Origin: Candidatus Gastranaerophilales bacterium
Lineage (GTDB): Bacteria; Cyanobacteriota; Vampirovibrionia; Gastranaerophilales; Gastranaerophilaceae
DNA: 64,000 bases
Direction: 5' to 3'
NCBI GenBank assembly: GCA_944325735.1
Contig: CALVBI010000003.1
Location: 85,051-149,050 of the forward strand
The stretch's first letter is position 1. Each line of letters begins with the position of its first letter. The position numbers and the translations under genes were made by a program. The notes under the pieces were generated by a model that made no database searches, was not told where the DNA came from, and worked only from the letters and a program-made list of their open reading frames with translations. This document shows positions 21,568 through 30,353 of this stretch, piece by piece.

Positions 21568-21638
21568 TCCCGAATCGTCTAGTGGCAGGACTGAAGATTC
21601 TGGCTCTTCCAACGGTGGTTCGAATCCATCTTCGGGAA
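21568..21638 (+). tRNA. tRNA-Gln(CTG)
   Basis: TCCCGAA/TTCGGGA stem, gaaga-ttCTGgc-tcttc, GGTTCGAATCC; CCA not encoded. Confidence 0.93.
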
Positions 21639-21667
21639 ATTTAACAAATTTACAATATATAAAAAAC

Positions 21668-22306
21668 ATGAAAATAAACTCATTTAAAACTAAAAATACC
21701 CCAAATTTTCAAGCAATTAAAGTTGCTCAAATTTCATCTAATTTAAATAAAAACGATACTACTTTCATATATAAAATAGAAAAAAACAAAGATTTTGATT
21801 TTTGTAATAAATTAGTAAATAATTTAACTCAATCTAAAATTGAAAGAATGCAAATTAATAATCCAAATATCAAACATTTCTTGAAAAATGCTTTTTATTC
21901 TTTTAATTTTTCTGATTACGCTGCCATTGGAATAAAAAATAATAAACCATTCGGACTTGTTTCAATATTATCATCTAATTCAGACAAATACGCTCATTTA
22001 GAATATTTAGCCACTTGGAAAACCGATGAATTAACAAAAATCAAAAATGGTGGCAGAGATTTAATAAATTTTGTCTTTAACAAATATAAAGACAAAAAGA
22101 ATATAAACCTAACTCCTGCATTTGATTCTGAATTATTTTATTATAAATTTGGCTTTGATTACGAGAACGAATATGAAAGAAATCAAATGTCTATAGATAC
22201 TTACGAAATCCAAAAGCAATTAAAAAACTTTGCAGAAAATTTTACTTATAAAGATCTTGAAAACGAAAAATCTGAAGATTTATCTAAATTTGTAACTATT
22301 ATATAA
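21668..22306 (+). CDS. GNAT-like acetyltransferase with N-terminal ...PNFQA motif
   Basis: AHLEYLATW...GGRDLI...SELFYYKFGF resembles GNAT motifs A/B. Confidence 0.55.
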   Translation: MKINSFKTKNTPNFQAIKVAQISSNLNKNDTTFIYKIEKNKDFDFCNKLVNNLTQSKIERMQINNPNIKHFLKNAFYSFNFSDYAAIGIKNNKPFGLVSILSSNSDKYAHLEYLATWKTDELTKIKNGGRDLINFVFNKYKDKKNINLTPAFDSELFYYKFGFDYENEYERNQMSIDTYEIQKQLKNFAENFTYKDLENEKSEDLSKFVTII

Positions 22307-22390
22307 TAATCTTTTTATCAAAAATATTTAATCACAATAATTAAATTAATTTCTATAGCAAAAATTTTTTTGACAGGTATTATATTAAAT

Positions 22391-22672
22391 ATGCAAATCA
22401 ATAATATTTATTCCCCATCTTTTAAAAGTACATATACAGTAGATACAGGTACTGCAACCTCCAAGACTCAAATATTTATGCTAGGAGCATTAATGAATAA
22501 TTTCTGGCTAAATAACCCTAATACAACTTTTTATAGAGTCAAAAGTTCAGGATTATATGGTAAAGTTGATTTTAATGTAAAAGATTACAAAGATAAAGCT
22601 TTTGAATCCGTAATGAAAAACAACAGAATTTCTTATGAAAAGAAAAACTATGGAATCAATTACATGGCTTAA
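22391..22672 (+). CDS. Small hypothetical protein with N-terminal MQINNIYSPSFKS motif
   Basis: 93-aa ORF from ATG 22391. Confidence 0.6.
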   Translation: MQINNIYSPSFKSTYTVDTGTATSKTQIFMLGALMNNFWLNNPNTTFYRVKSSGLYGKVDFNVKDYKDKAFESVMKNNRISYEKKNYGINYMA

Positions 22673-24556
22673 TTACAGCCTTGAAAACTGATGTCTTTCT
22701 AGCATTACCATTAAAATTGAAATATCTGCAGGTTTTACTCCTCCGATACGAGAAGCCTGAGCTAATGTTTTAGGTCTAATTTTAAATAATTTATCCTTTG
22801 TTTCTGAAGATATATGATCTATTGAAGAATAATCAATATCATCAGGAATTTTAAATTTATCCAATTTAGAAGCTTGTTCAACTTGAAATTCTTGACGTTT
22901 CAAATATCCATCATATTTTACAAGGATTTCAACCTGTTCTGCAACATCATAAGGAATATTCAAATCATTTGTAGCCGAATCAATTTCTTTTATTACATTG
23001 TAATCAATATTAGGACGTTTAAGAAGCTCAGAAATCTTCATTCCTCTATCCATATGCTCGCCATATTTTGATAAAATTGAATTTACCTCTTCTGTTGCTG
23101 ATATTTTAGCATCTTTAATTCTAGATAATTCTTTTTCAATAGCTTCCTGTTTATCTGTAAAGACTTTATATTGAGCATCATCGATTAATCCATACTTTTT
23201 ACCGATAGGAGTTAATCTTGTATCCGCATTATCCTGTCTTAACAAAAGTCTGTATTCAGAGCGAGATGTAAGCATTCTATAAGGATCTTGAATATCTTTT
23301 GTTACCAAATCATCAATCAATGTTCCGATATAAGATGAACTTCTTGATAATTCAAGCATTTCTTTATTATTCAAGTAATTAAATGCATTAATACCAGCAA
23401 TAAGTCCTTGAGCAGCAGCTTCTTCATAACCACTTGTACCATTGATTTGACCACCAAAGAACAAACCTTTGATATTTTTAGACATTAAAGAATGAGTTGT
23501 CTGTACAGCTGGCACATAATCATATTCTACTGCATAAGCAGGTTTAATAACATGAGCTTTTTCTAACCCAGGGAGAGTTCTTAGCATTTTTACCTGAACA
23601 TCTGCTGGTAAACTGCTTGAAAAACCTTGAATATACACTTCATAAGTTCCTAATCCTTCAGGTTCAATAAAAATATGATGAGAAGGATTTTCACTAAATC
23701 TTACAACTTTATCTTCAATTGACGGACAATAACGAGGTCCAACCCCTTGAATTAAGCCTTGGAACATTGGAGATTTATCAAGATTAGCTTTGATAATCGC
23801 ATGAGTTTCCTCATTGGTTCTTGTCAAATAGCAAGGATATTGAGGCCTTACAGGTCTATTTGGTTTAAATGAATAAAAATGTAACTGCTCATCACCAGGC
23901 TGAATAGTCATTTTTGAATAATCAATTGTTCTTTTATCAACTCGAGGTGGTGTTCCTGTCTTCAACTTTTTAATTTCAATTCCATGTTTTACTAAAGATT
24001 CAGATAAACCATAAGCTGCTTTTTCACCCAATCGACCTGCACTATAAGATCTAAGACCAACAAAAATTCTACCATTTAAAGAAGTTCCTGTAGTTAACAC
24101 TAAAGCTCTTGCGGAATATTCAATTCCAAATTCATCAATTGCACCAACAACTTCACCGTTTTCAACTAATAAATCTGTAATACAAGCCTGACGGAGATAA
24201 ATATTTTCATTATTCTCAATAATATTTCGCATGTAATCCATATACTGCTTTTTATCTGACTGCGCACGCAAAGCACGAACTGCAGGACCTTTTGAAGAAT
24301 TAAGCATTTTCATCTGAATATAAGTCGCATCAGCAACCTCACCCATTACACCGCCTAATGCATCAATTTCTCTAACTAAAGTTGATTTAGCTGGACCTCC
24401 AATCGCCGGATTACAAGGCATTAATGCGATATGATCAACGTTTAATGTCGCTAGTAAAACTTTTGCACCTAATCTTGCGCAAGAAATTGCAGCTTCACAA
24501 CCAGCATGTCCTGCTCCTACAACTATTACATCATATTTATTATTAAGATAATTCAT
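22673..24556 (-). CDS. mnmG: tRNA uridine-5-carboxymethylaminomethyl(34) synthesis enzyme MnmG (GidA)
   Basis: VIVVGAGHAGCEAA, MPCNPAIGG, GPRYCPSIEDK, GQINGTSGYEEAAAQG. It reads on the minus strand (stop is tta at 22673-22675), although the ORF track lists it as +. Confidence 0.97.
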   Translation of the reverse strand: MNYLNNKYDVIVVGAGHAGCEAAISCARLGAKVLLATLNVDHIALMPCNPAIGGPAKSTLVREIDALGGVMGEVADATYIQMKMLNSSKGPAVRALRAQSDKKQYMDYMRNIIENNENIYLRQACITDLLVENGEVVGAIDEFGIEYSARALVLTTGTSLNGRIFVGLRSYSAGRLGEKAAYGLSESLVKHGIEIKKLKTGTPPRVDKRTIDYSKMTIQPGDEQLHFYSFKPNRPVRPQYPCYLTRTNEETHAIIKANLDKSPMFQGLIQGVGPRYCPSIEDKVVRFSENPSHHIFIEPEGLGTYEVYIQGFSSSLPADVQVKMLRTLPGLEKAHVIKPAYAVEYDYVPAVQTTHSLMSKNIKGLFFGGQINGTSGYEEAAAQGLIAGINAFNYLNNKEMLELSRSSSYIGTLIDDLVTKDIQDPYRMLTSRSEYRLLLRQDNADTRLTPIGKKYGLIDDAQYKVFTDKQEAIEKELSRIKDAKISATEEVNSILSKYGEHMDRGMKISELLKRPNIDYNVIKEIDSATNDLNIPYDVAEQVEILVKYDGYLKRQEFQVEQASKLDKFKIPDDIDYSSIDHISSETKDKLFKIRPKTLAQASRIGGVKPADISILMVMLERHQFSRL

Positions 24557-24705
24557 ATTCCATATTCCTAATCGGCTATACCAGATATTATAGTACAAAT
24601 AAAACAAATTAAGACTAAAAATTAAAATAGATTAACCTATCATCTACTCCATATGGATGATATTAATTTAATTTAGTAAAGATTAATATTATTTATATCG
24701 AGATA

Positions 24706-24731
24706 AGAATATACACATAGAATATACACAT
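24706..24731 (+). repeat. Perfect 13-bp tandem repeat (agaatatacacat x2)
   Basis: Read directly in the divergent mnmG/TPR intergenic region. Confidence 0.85.
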
Positions 24732-24748
24732 CTTATTGGAGCTCATTG

Positions 24749-26407
24749 ATGTCAGAACAGATTTTACTACAGCCGATAGTTGCGGCAAATACGGATAAAG
24801 CAAAAGAATCACTAGAAAAAGCCCGAATAGCACATGAAAGATATCTTATTCGCCAACAAAACAGCGATTTAGAAGAAGCTATCGAATTTTATATTGATGC
24901 TGTTAAATACGATCCTTCAATGCCTGAAGCATATTACAGGCTTGCAACTTTAATGTGGGAACAAGGTCAAATCAGCCTTGATACCGCTATCGAGCAATGT
25001 AAAACAGCAGTTTCTCTTGCTCCTCAAAACATCAATGCGCATTTATATACCGGATTTTTCATGAAACTAGCTCAAGATTTTAAATCTGCAGAACAAGAAT
25101 TCAAATCAGCCATTAAAATGGGGAAATTAAAATCCGGCAGACCTAGACTTATATTATCTCAATCCATTTTGCAAAAGATAAATTCCCAAAATGGCGGCGT
25201 AAAAGATTATATCAGCTTCGTATATTATTTCTTATCAGGAAGTCTCATGCTTGCTTGGGATAGACCTTCTATGAAAATGTTTTATAAAAACATGTCTGAT
25301 GATTTCTCTGTATTCACATACAATACAGTTGGGAAATTCTTAGAAAAATTTAAGCTATACCCATCTGCAGAAAATTTATACCGCCAAGCAATTACAGCAA
25401 CAAATCATGGGGAAATTTTCTACAATAAAATGGGAGATTTAGCCTTAAAAAATAAAGAAATGGATTTGACTGTTGATTGCTACAGAAAAGTTTTAGAAGC
25501 AAACCCATTAAATAGAGAGGTTCTAGTAAAATTAGCTACAGTTTTACAAACTTATTTCCCAGAAAATACAGATGAAACAATTGACTGCTATGAAAAATTA
25601 TTAGAATTTGATATAGATACCCCTCAAATTTACTATGAATTAGGTCATCTATATCTAAAAAAAGAAGATAAAATAAATTCAATCAGTGCATTCAAACTAG
25701 CTCTTGAAAAAGATCCAGAAAACCCATTTTATAACAATTCTCTTGCATATGCTTATTCAAAAGCTGAATTATATGATGATGCTATTGAACACTATCAAAA
25801 AGCAATTGCAATTAATCCTGATAACGAATGGACTTCAATAGTTTGTGAAGCTCTGGGATCTATTTATGCAGAAGCAAAAGGAAATATTGATGCAGCAGTA
25901 TCGACATATCAAGCAGGCATAATCCTTGATCCTAATAATTATAATTTATTAATATCACTAGGAGATGTGCATATGGCTGCTTATGATCTTGATAATGCAA
26001 TCCGAGCATATTGCGATGCAATTACATTAAATCCTGATGATTACCGAGCTTATTCAAAAGCAGGAATTGCGCTTTGGGAAAAAGATTATCTAGAAGAAGC
26101 TCTAGTTGCTTTCCACAAAGCAATTGATTTAAACCCAAATAATGAATATGCACAAAACAATTTAGGAATTCTTTACCTAGACGGTCTTGGTGATGCAGAA
26201 GAAGCACTTGAATACTTTGAAACAGCAATTGAATTAAATCCAAGTTATACTCTTGCATACTTTAATGCAGCAAGAGCATCACAAGCAATGGGATTTATAA
26301 ATGATGCTGCTAACTATTATCAAATGTCAATTGACTTAAATAAAATTACACAAGACTTAGACGAAGAAGACATTAGAACAAGACTTCATAAACTGTTTGA
26401 TATTTAA
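24749..26407 (+). CDS. Tetratricopeptide-repeat protein
   Basis: Many TPR units (e.g. YYELGHLY, AQNNLGILY, AYFNAA); GGAG RBS. Confidence 0.9.
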   Translation: MSEQILLQPIVAANTDKAKESLEKARIAHERYLIRQQNSDLEEAIEFYIDAVKYDPSMPEAYYRLATLMWEQGQISLDTAIEQCKTAVSLAPQNINAHLYTGFFMKLAQDFKSAEQEFKSAIKMGKLKSGRPRLILSQSILQKINSQNGGVKDYISFVYYFLSGSLMLAWDRPSMKMFYKNMSDDFSVFTYNTVGKFLEKFKLYPSAENLYRQAITATNHGEIFYNKMGDLALKNKEMDLTVDCYRKVLEANPLNREVLVKLATVLQTYFPENTDETIDCYEKLLEFDIDTPQIYYELGHLYLKKEDKINSISAFKLALEKDPENPFYNNSLAYAYSKAELYDDAIEHYQKAIAINPDNEWTSIVCEALGSIYAEAKGNIDAAVSTYQAGIILDPNNYNLLISLGDVHMAAYDLDNAIRAYCDAITLNPDDYRAYSKAGIALWEKDYLEEALVAFHKAIDLNPNNEYAQNNLGILYLDGLGDAEEALEYFETAIELNPSYTLAYFNAARASQAMGFINDAANYYQMSIDLNKITQDLDEEDIRTRLHKLFDI

Positions 26408-26409
26408 GA

Positions 26410-26438
26410 TTGACAAAATAGAAAATATCGGAAATAAT
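26410..26438 (+). promoter_or_regulatory. Sigma70-type promoter of prepilin gene 2 (TTGACA-17-AATAAT)
   Basis: TTGACA 26410-26415, AATAAT 26433-26438; matches the promoter at 1491. Confidence 0.7.
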
Positions 26439-26461
26439 AAACATAAAAGGAGGCTGGAATC

Positions 26462-27198
26462 ATGAATTTCAAAGCGTTAAGGGTTGCCCCCCCCCCGAAA
26501 AGGTCGCTTGGTATAAGGGGGTAAAGGGTTTTACATTAGCAGAAGTTTTAATCACTCTTGGAATTATCGGAGTTGTTGCGGCACTAACAATTCCAACTTT
26601 AATTAACAATTATCAAAAAAAAGTTACAGTAACTCGATTAAAGACTGCATATTCTTTATTAACGCAAGCAATAACAACAGCACAAGCTCAACATGGAGAT
26701 ATCGCAAATTGGGAAAGAGACGCCAATATAATATTATTTGATTATATAGCTCCAAACCTAAAATCAGAAAAATTTACAAAAGATATTGATTTTGATTATC
26801 AACACACAATGTGCAATAATCAACAAGCATACAAATTTCTTAGTGGGACAGGAATGGGATCTCCTTTTAATTCAATGTCTCCTTCTATTAAGCTGGCTAA
26901 CGGTGTATGTATTTCATTAAATAGAATAAATGATAGCAATTCTACGCAAAGCAATATATTTATTGACATAAATGGAACTAACCCACCTAATATAAATGGA
27001 AAAGACTTATTTGTTTTTATTTTTAGATTTAATGAGGGAAAAATTCTACCGGAAGGCTATAATTGGGGTAAAAATAATGACTTAACAACACCTAATCTTC
27101 AGGGGAATTGCAACAAAAAAGCTCAATTTGGAGGGACTTACTGTGCAACTGTTATTATGAATGCAGGATGGGAAATGCCTAAAAACTATCCTTGGTAA
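26462..27198 (+). CDS. Type IV pilin/pseudopilin-like protein, frameshifted at a C10 tract in the leader (putative phase-OFF)
   Basis: AGGAGG RBS, ATG 26462 frame stops at TAA 26522-26524. KG|FTLAEVLITLGIIGVVAALTIPTL starts at 26524 and is open to 27198; one extra C fuses them. C-terminal IDINGTNPPNINGKDLF. Confidence 0.88.
26487..26496 (+). repeat. Poly-C homopolymer (C10)
   Basis: gttg-cccccccccc-gaaa read directly. Confidence 0.95.
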
Positions 27199-27200
27199 AT

Positions 27201-27914
27201 TTAAAACAATGACAATTGTTCTTGTTTAGCAAAATGTTTTTCTAGATATGACGGTCTATGATACTTACATAGACCATATTTATCTATCAAAGCCATATGT
27301 TCCTTTGTTAAATATCCAGCATTGTCTTTCCATTTGTACTGTGGAAATTCTTCATCAAGCTTTAACATGTATCTATCGCGACTAACTTTAGCTAATATAC
27401 TTGCAGCGGCAATTGAAGCAGATGTTGCATCACCTTTTATGACATATTTTTGAGAATAGTCAAAATTAAAAATTCTTTTATTACCATCAACTAATATCAT
27501 TATTTCATTTTTAGCTAAAGTTTCTCTATCTTCTTTTATCGGATAAAGTTGATTTATCACATCAGTACACGCCATACGCATTGCCTTTAAAGAAGCATTT
27601 AAAATATTTATACGCTCGATCTCGTCAACTTCAATACAAATAGTAGAATTAACTGTTTTTTCTTTAATTATATCAAATAAAGCCTCTCGCTTTTTAGCAG
27701 ATAATTTCTTGCTATCATTTAACTCTGCCAATTCTTCCATAAGTTCGTCAGAACGGTTATGAAAACATACCGCACTTGCAAATACACCACCGGCACCACA
27801 GCCTCTGCCAGCTTCATCTGTACCTATCACAATACGTTTTTGTTCTATATCGAATGAAAAAAGTTTTACAATCCTTGAATCAGATGTTAAATTTGTTTTA
27901 ATATTTTTTGTCAT
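27201..27914 (-). CDS. rnhB: Ribonuclease HII
   Basis: GTDEAGRG, DSKKLS, VDGN, KGDATSASIAAASILAKVSRD. Confidence 0.95.
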   Translation of the reverse strand: MTKNIKTNLTSDSRIVKLFSFDIEQKRIVIGTDEAGRGCGAGGVFASAVCFHNRSDELMEELAELNDSKKLSAKKREALFDIIKEKTVNSTICIEVDEIERINILNASLKAMRMACTDVINQLYPIKEDRETLAKNEIMILVDGNKRIFNFDYSQKYVIKGDATSASIAAASILAKVSRDRYMLKLDEEFPQYKWKDNAGYLTKEHMALIDKYGLCKYHRPSYLEKHFAKQEQLSLF

Positions 27915-27916
27915 AA

Positions 27917-28765
27917 CTATCCTTCAAAGTCATCAAGAATAAACTTCCCAATCTTTCCTTCTCTAAAATCTCTCAAAAGATACACAGCAGTCCTTTCAAT
28001 ATCGGGATTACCACCTGAAACAATCCAATTTCTTGATTTTGCAATATCATCAAGTGTAAGATTATCAACTTTATAAAATTCTTTTACAATATCTGAATAT
28101 TTCTCTGCTAACAATGCTAATAATTCTTTAGCGACAATTTCATTAGAATATGCATTTTCAGATACTGCATTTACAAACGCCAACTTTTTAGCCCTAATCT
28201 GATCTTCCTGCTTCATTGGAATAATACCTGGAGTATCCAATAAATCTAACTGCGGATTAATTCGCACCCACTGTTGCTGCCTTGTAACCCCTGCTTTTGC
28301 TCCGATTTTTGTCTTTGATGATTTGGTTAATTTATTTATAATGCTTGATTTCCCTACATTTGGCATGCCTACAACCATGACTCTTGCAGGTCTTCTTAGC
28401 AAGCCTTTTTTCATTAAAGCTTGAATTCTTGGTTCTGATAATTCTACAGCTTTTTTTACGATAAAATTCAAATCCTTAGAACTTTTAGCATCTGATTTCA
28501 AAACAGGATAGCCAGTTTTATTCTCTAAATCATTAATAAACTTTTTAAGCTCATCAGGATTAGTTAAATCTGATTTATTGAGCAAAATTAAACGAGGCTT
28601 TTCACCTAAAAGCCTCGTAATATTATCATAACTGCTTGAATAAGGCAGTCTCGCATCAATAACTTCTATTACGGCATCAACTAGGGAGAGCTGTTCTTTT
28701 AGTTTTTTTTCAGCTTTCGCAATATGTCCCGGATACCAATGTATATGAAGCTTATCTTTTTTCAA
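27917..28765 (-). CDS. rbgA: Ribosome biogenesis GTPase RbgA (YlqF)
   Basis: [35 protein letters not shown]. Confidence 0.95.
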   Translation of the reverse strand: MKKDKLHIHWYPGHIAKAEKKLKEQLSLVDAVIEVIDARLPYSSSYDNITRLLGEKPRLILLNKSDLTNPDELKKFINDLENKTGYPVLKSDAKSSKDLNFIVKKAVELSEPRIQALMKKGLLRRPARVMVVGMPNVGKSSIINKLTKSSKTKIGAKAGVTRQQQWVRINPQLDLLDTPGIIPMKQEDQIRAKKLAFVNAVSENAYSNEIVAKELLALLAEKYSDIVKEFYKVDNLTLDDIAKSRNWIVSGGNPDIERTAVYLLRDFREGKIGKFILDDFEG

Positions 28766-29105
28766 TTTTTTCCTTGATACGAGTTGCTTTACCAGAACGT
28801 TCTCTTAAGTAGTATAGTTTAGAACGTCTTACATCACCTTTTCTAAGAACTGTAATTTTGTCAATTCTTGGAGAGTTTAGTAAGAATACACGTTCTACAC
28901 CAACACCTTGGAATACTTTTCTTACGGTAATAGTTTTGTTTACACCAGAACCGTGAGTTTTAATAACTGTTCCTTCGAAAGCCTGAATTCTTTCTTTGTT
29001 ACCTTCTACAATTCTAACGAAAACTTTTACAGTATCGCCAGGATTTGTTTCAGGAAGATTTTCTTTTAAATAAGATTTTTCCAATTCATCAATAATAGGG
29101 TTCAT
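28752..29105 (-). CDS. rplS: 50S ribosomal protein L19
   Basis: [32 protein letters not shown]; start at ATG 29105 with AAGGA RBS. Confidence 0.97.
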   Translation of the reverse strand: MNPIIDELEKSYLKENLPETNPGDTVKVFVRIVEGNKERIQAFEGTVIKTHGSGVNKTITVRKVFQGVGVERVFLLNSPRIDKITVLRKGDVRRSKLYYLRERSGKATRIKEKIEKR

Positions 29106-29256
29106 TTCAATTTCCTTTATATGCTTATATTTCGTACTTACTAAATAAATTCCTTTAATCGATGCTCCACAAATACATCGACGCACGTAAAAGTATCGTA
29201 AAACAAAGGTATAAAAATTTCAAGCAGTTTTTAAAATTTTGTAATATAATAACATT

Positions 29257-29400
29257 ATGGGAAGTGATTATAAAAAATTATTAAATAAAAATAAAAAGAA
29301 AAAGTTTGCAGATCCTAAAAACATGGGCGTAAATATAGATAAAAACGAATATTATGAAATAATTTTATCTAATTCTGCACATCCTGAAAATATAAAATAA
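29257..29400 (+). CDS. Possible 47-aa basic protein (MGSDYKKLLNKNKKKKFADPKNMG...), not in the ORF track
   Basis: TATAAT ends 6 nt before the ATG (leaderless geometry); no homology recognised. Confidence 0.35.
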   Translation: MGSDYKKLLNKNKKKKFADPKNMGVNIDKNEYYEIILSNSAHPENIK

Positions 29401-29440
29401 TCAAAAGCCCCCTTTTCAAAAACTTCCTAAAACAAATGAC

Positions 29441-29469
29441 TTGACAATCAAGCTTTTTCGAAGTAAATT
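29441..29469 (+). promoter_or_regulatory. Sigma70 promoter of tRNA-Leu
   Basis: TTGACA-17-TAAATT. Confidence 0.65.
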
Positions 29470-29506
29470 ATTTGTACGTACTGAAAAGCAATTGACAATT
29501 AAATAT

Positions 29507-29585
29507 GGGCATGTGGTGGAATGGTAGACACGCTAGTCTTAGGAACTAGTGCTAACGCGTGGGAGTTCGAGTCTCTTCATGCCCA
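29507..29585 (+). tRNA. tRNA-Leu(TAG)
   Basis: GGGCATG/CATGCCC stem, ctagt-ctTAGga-actag, long variable arm. Confidence 0.95.
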
Positions 29586-29591
29586 AATATT

Positions 29592-29622
29592 AAAAAAGAC
29601 CATTTTTTTAATGGTCTTTTTT
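29592..29622 (+). terminator. Intrinsic terminator after tRNA-Leu
   Basis: aaaaaagaccat...atggtctttttt. Confidence 0.8.
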
Positions 29623-29638
29623 AATTAGGAGTATTTAT

Positions 29639-30349
29639 ATGGATAAAATTTCTGCAATCAATTCTATTAAACCAATAAGTTTTAATGAAATTCAAAAAAT
29701 ATTATCATCAGAAAAACTTACTGATGCTCAAAAGGCTGAATTTATAAAGAATAATTCTAAAGAAATTAAAAATACTTTAAAAAAAGAAATTTCTAAAACA
29801 GAATTTTTACAATTAATGCAAAATAGGCCTCTTATAAAATTTAGACCACTAAAAAATTCTTTTACTAAAAAAGGTGATAAAATTTTACTTGCAAAATCTC
29901 TCAATATTAAAGAAAACGAAATTAACAACTATATTTACTCAATAATTAATACAAATTTTGATATAAAGGAAAATATAACTAAAAATAATATTGAAAAAGT
30001 TAAAACATACATATACAGACACGGAAATAAAAGCCAAGTAATCGCATTTTTAGAATATGAATTATCAGATGTAAAAACAACTTTAGAAAAATTATACAAA
30101 ACTATGCAGGATAATTCCGGAGGACTTTGTGATTATTTTTCAAGACCAATTCACAGAATGGATAATAAAACATTAGCTAAATTATATAATGTAATAGACA
30201 AAAGTCTAAAGAAATCAGTAAACGAAGGCAATTTAACAAAAGAACAATATAATTCAACAGCACAATGGGCTCTTGTTAGAATTTATCAAATACAAAACAA
30301 TTCAAAACTAATAAGAGCATGCGAGTGCTATAAAGATCTAGTCTCTTAA
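29639..30349 (+). CDS. Hypothetical protein with N-terminal MDKISAINSIKPISF motif
   Basis: 236-aa ORF, AGGAG RBS. Confidence 0.7.
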   Translation: MDKISAINSIKPISFNEIQKILSSEKLTDAQKAEFIKNNSKEIKNTLKKEISKTEFLQLMQNRPLIKFRPLKNSFTKKGDKILLAKSLNIKENEINNYIYSIINTNFDIKENITKNNIEKVKTYIYRHGNKSQVIAFLEYELSDVKTTLEKLYKTMQDNSGGLCDYFSRPIHRMDNKTLAKLYNVIDKSLKKSVNEGNLTKEQYNSTAQWALVRIYQIQNNSKLIRACECYKDLVS

Positions 30350-30353
30350 TTTT

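Noticed and set aside
22673-24607. ORF track lists the 644-aa MnmG ORF on the + strand
   Set aside because: The protein only reads on the reverse complement (stop tta at 22673-22675; cat at 24554-24556). It is annotated here as minus strand.
26809-27198. Stand-alone 129-aa ORF
   Set aside because: It is the in-frame C-terminal half of the frameshifted prepilin gene.
1545-27198. Diversity-generating retroelement acting on pilin C-termini
   Set aside because: No reverse transcriptase and no template/variable repeat pair seen in the window; it cannot be excluded elsewhere in the genome.
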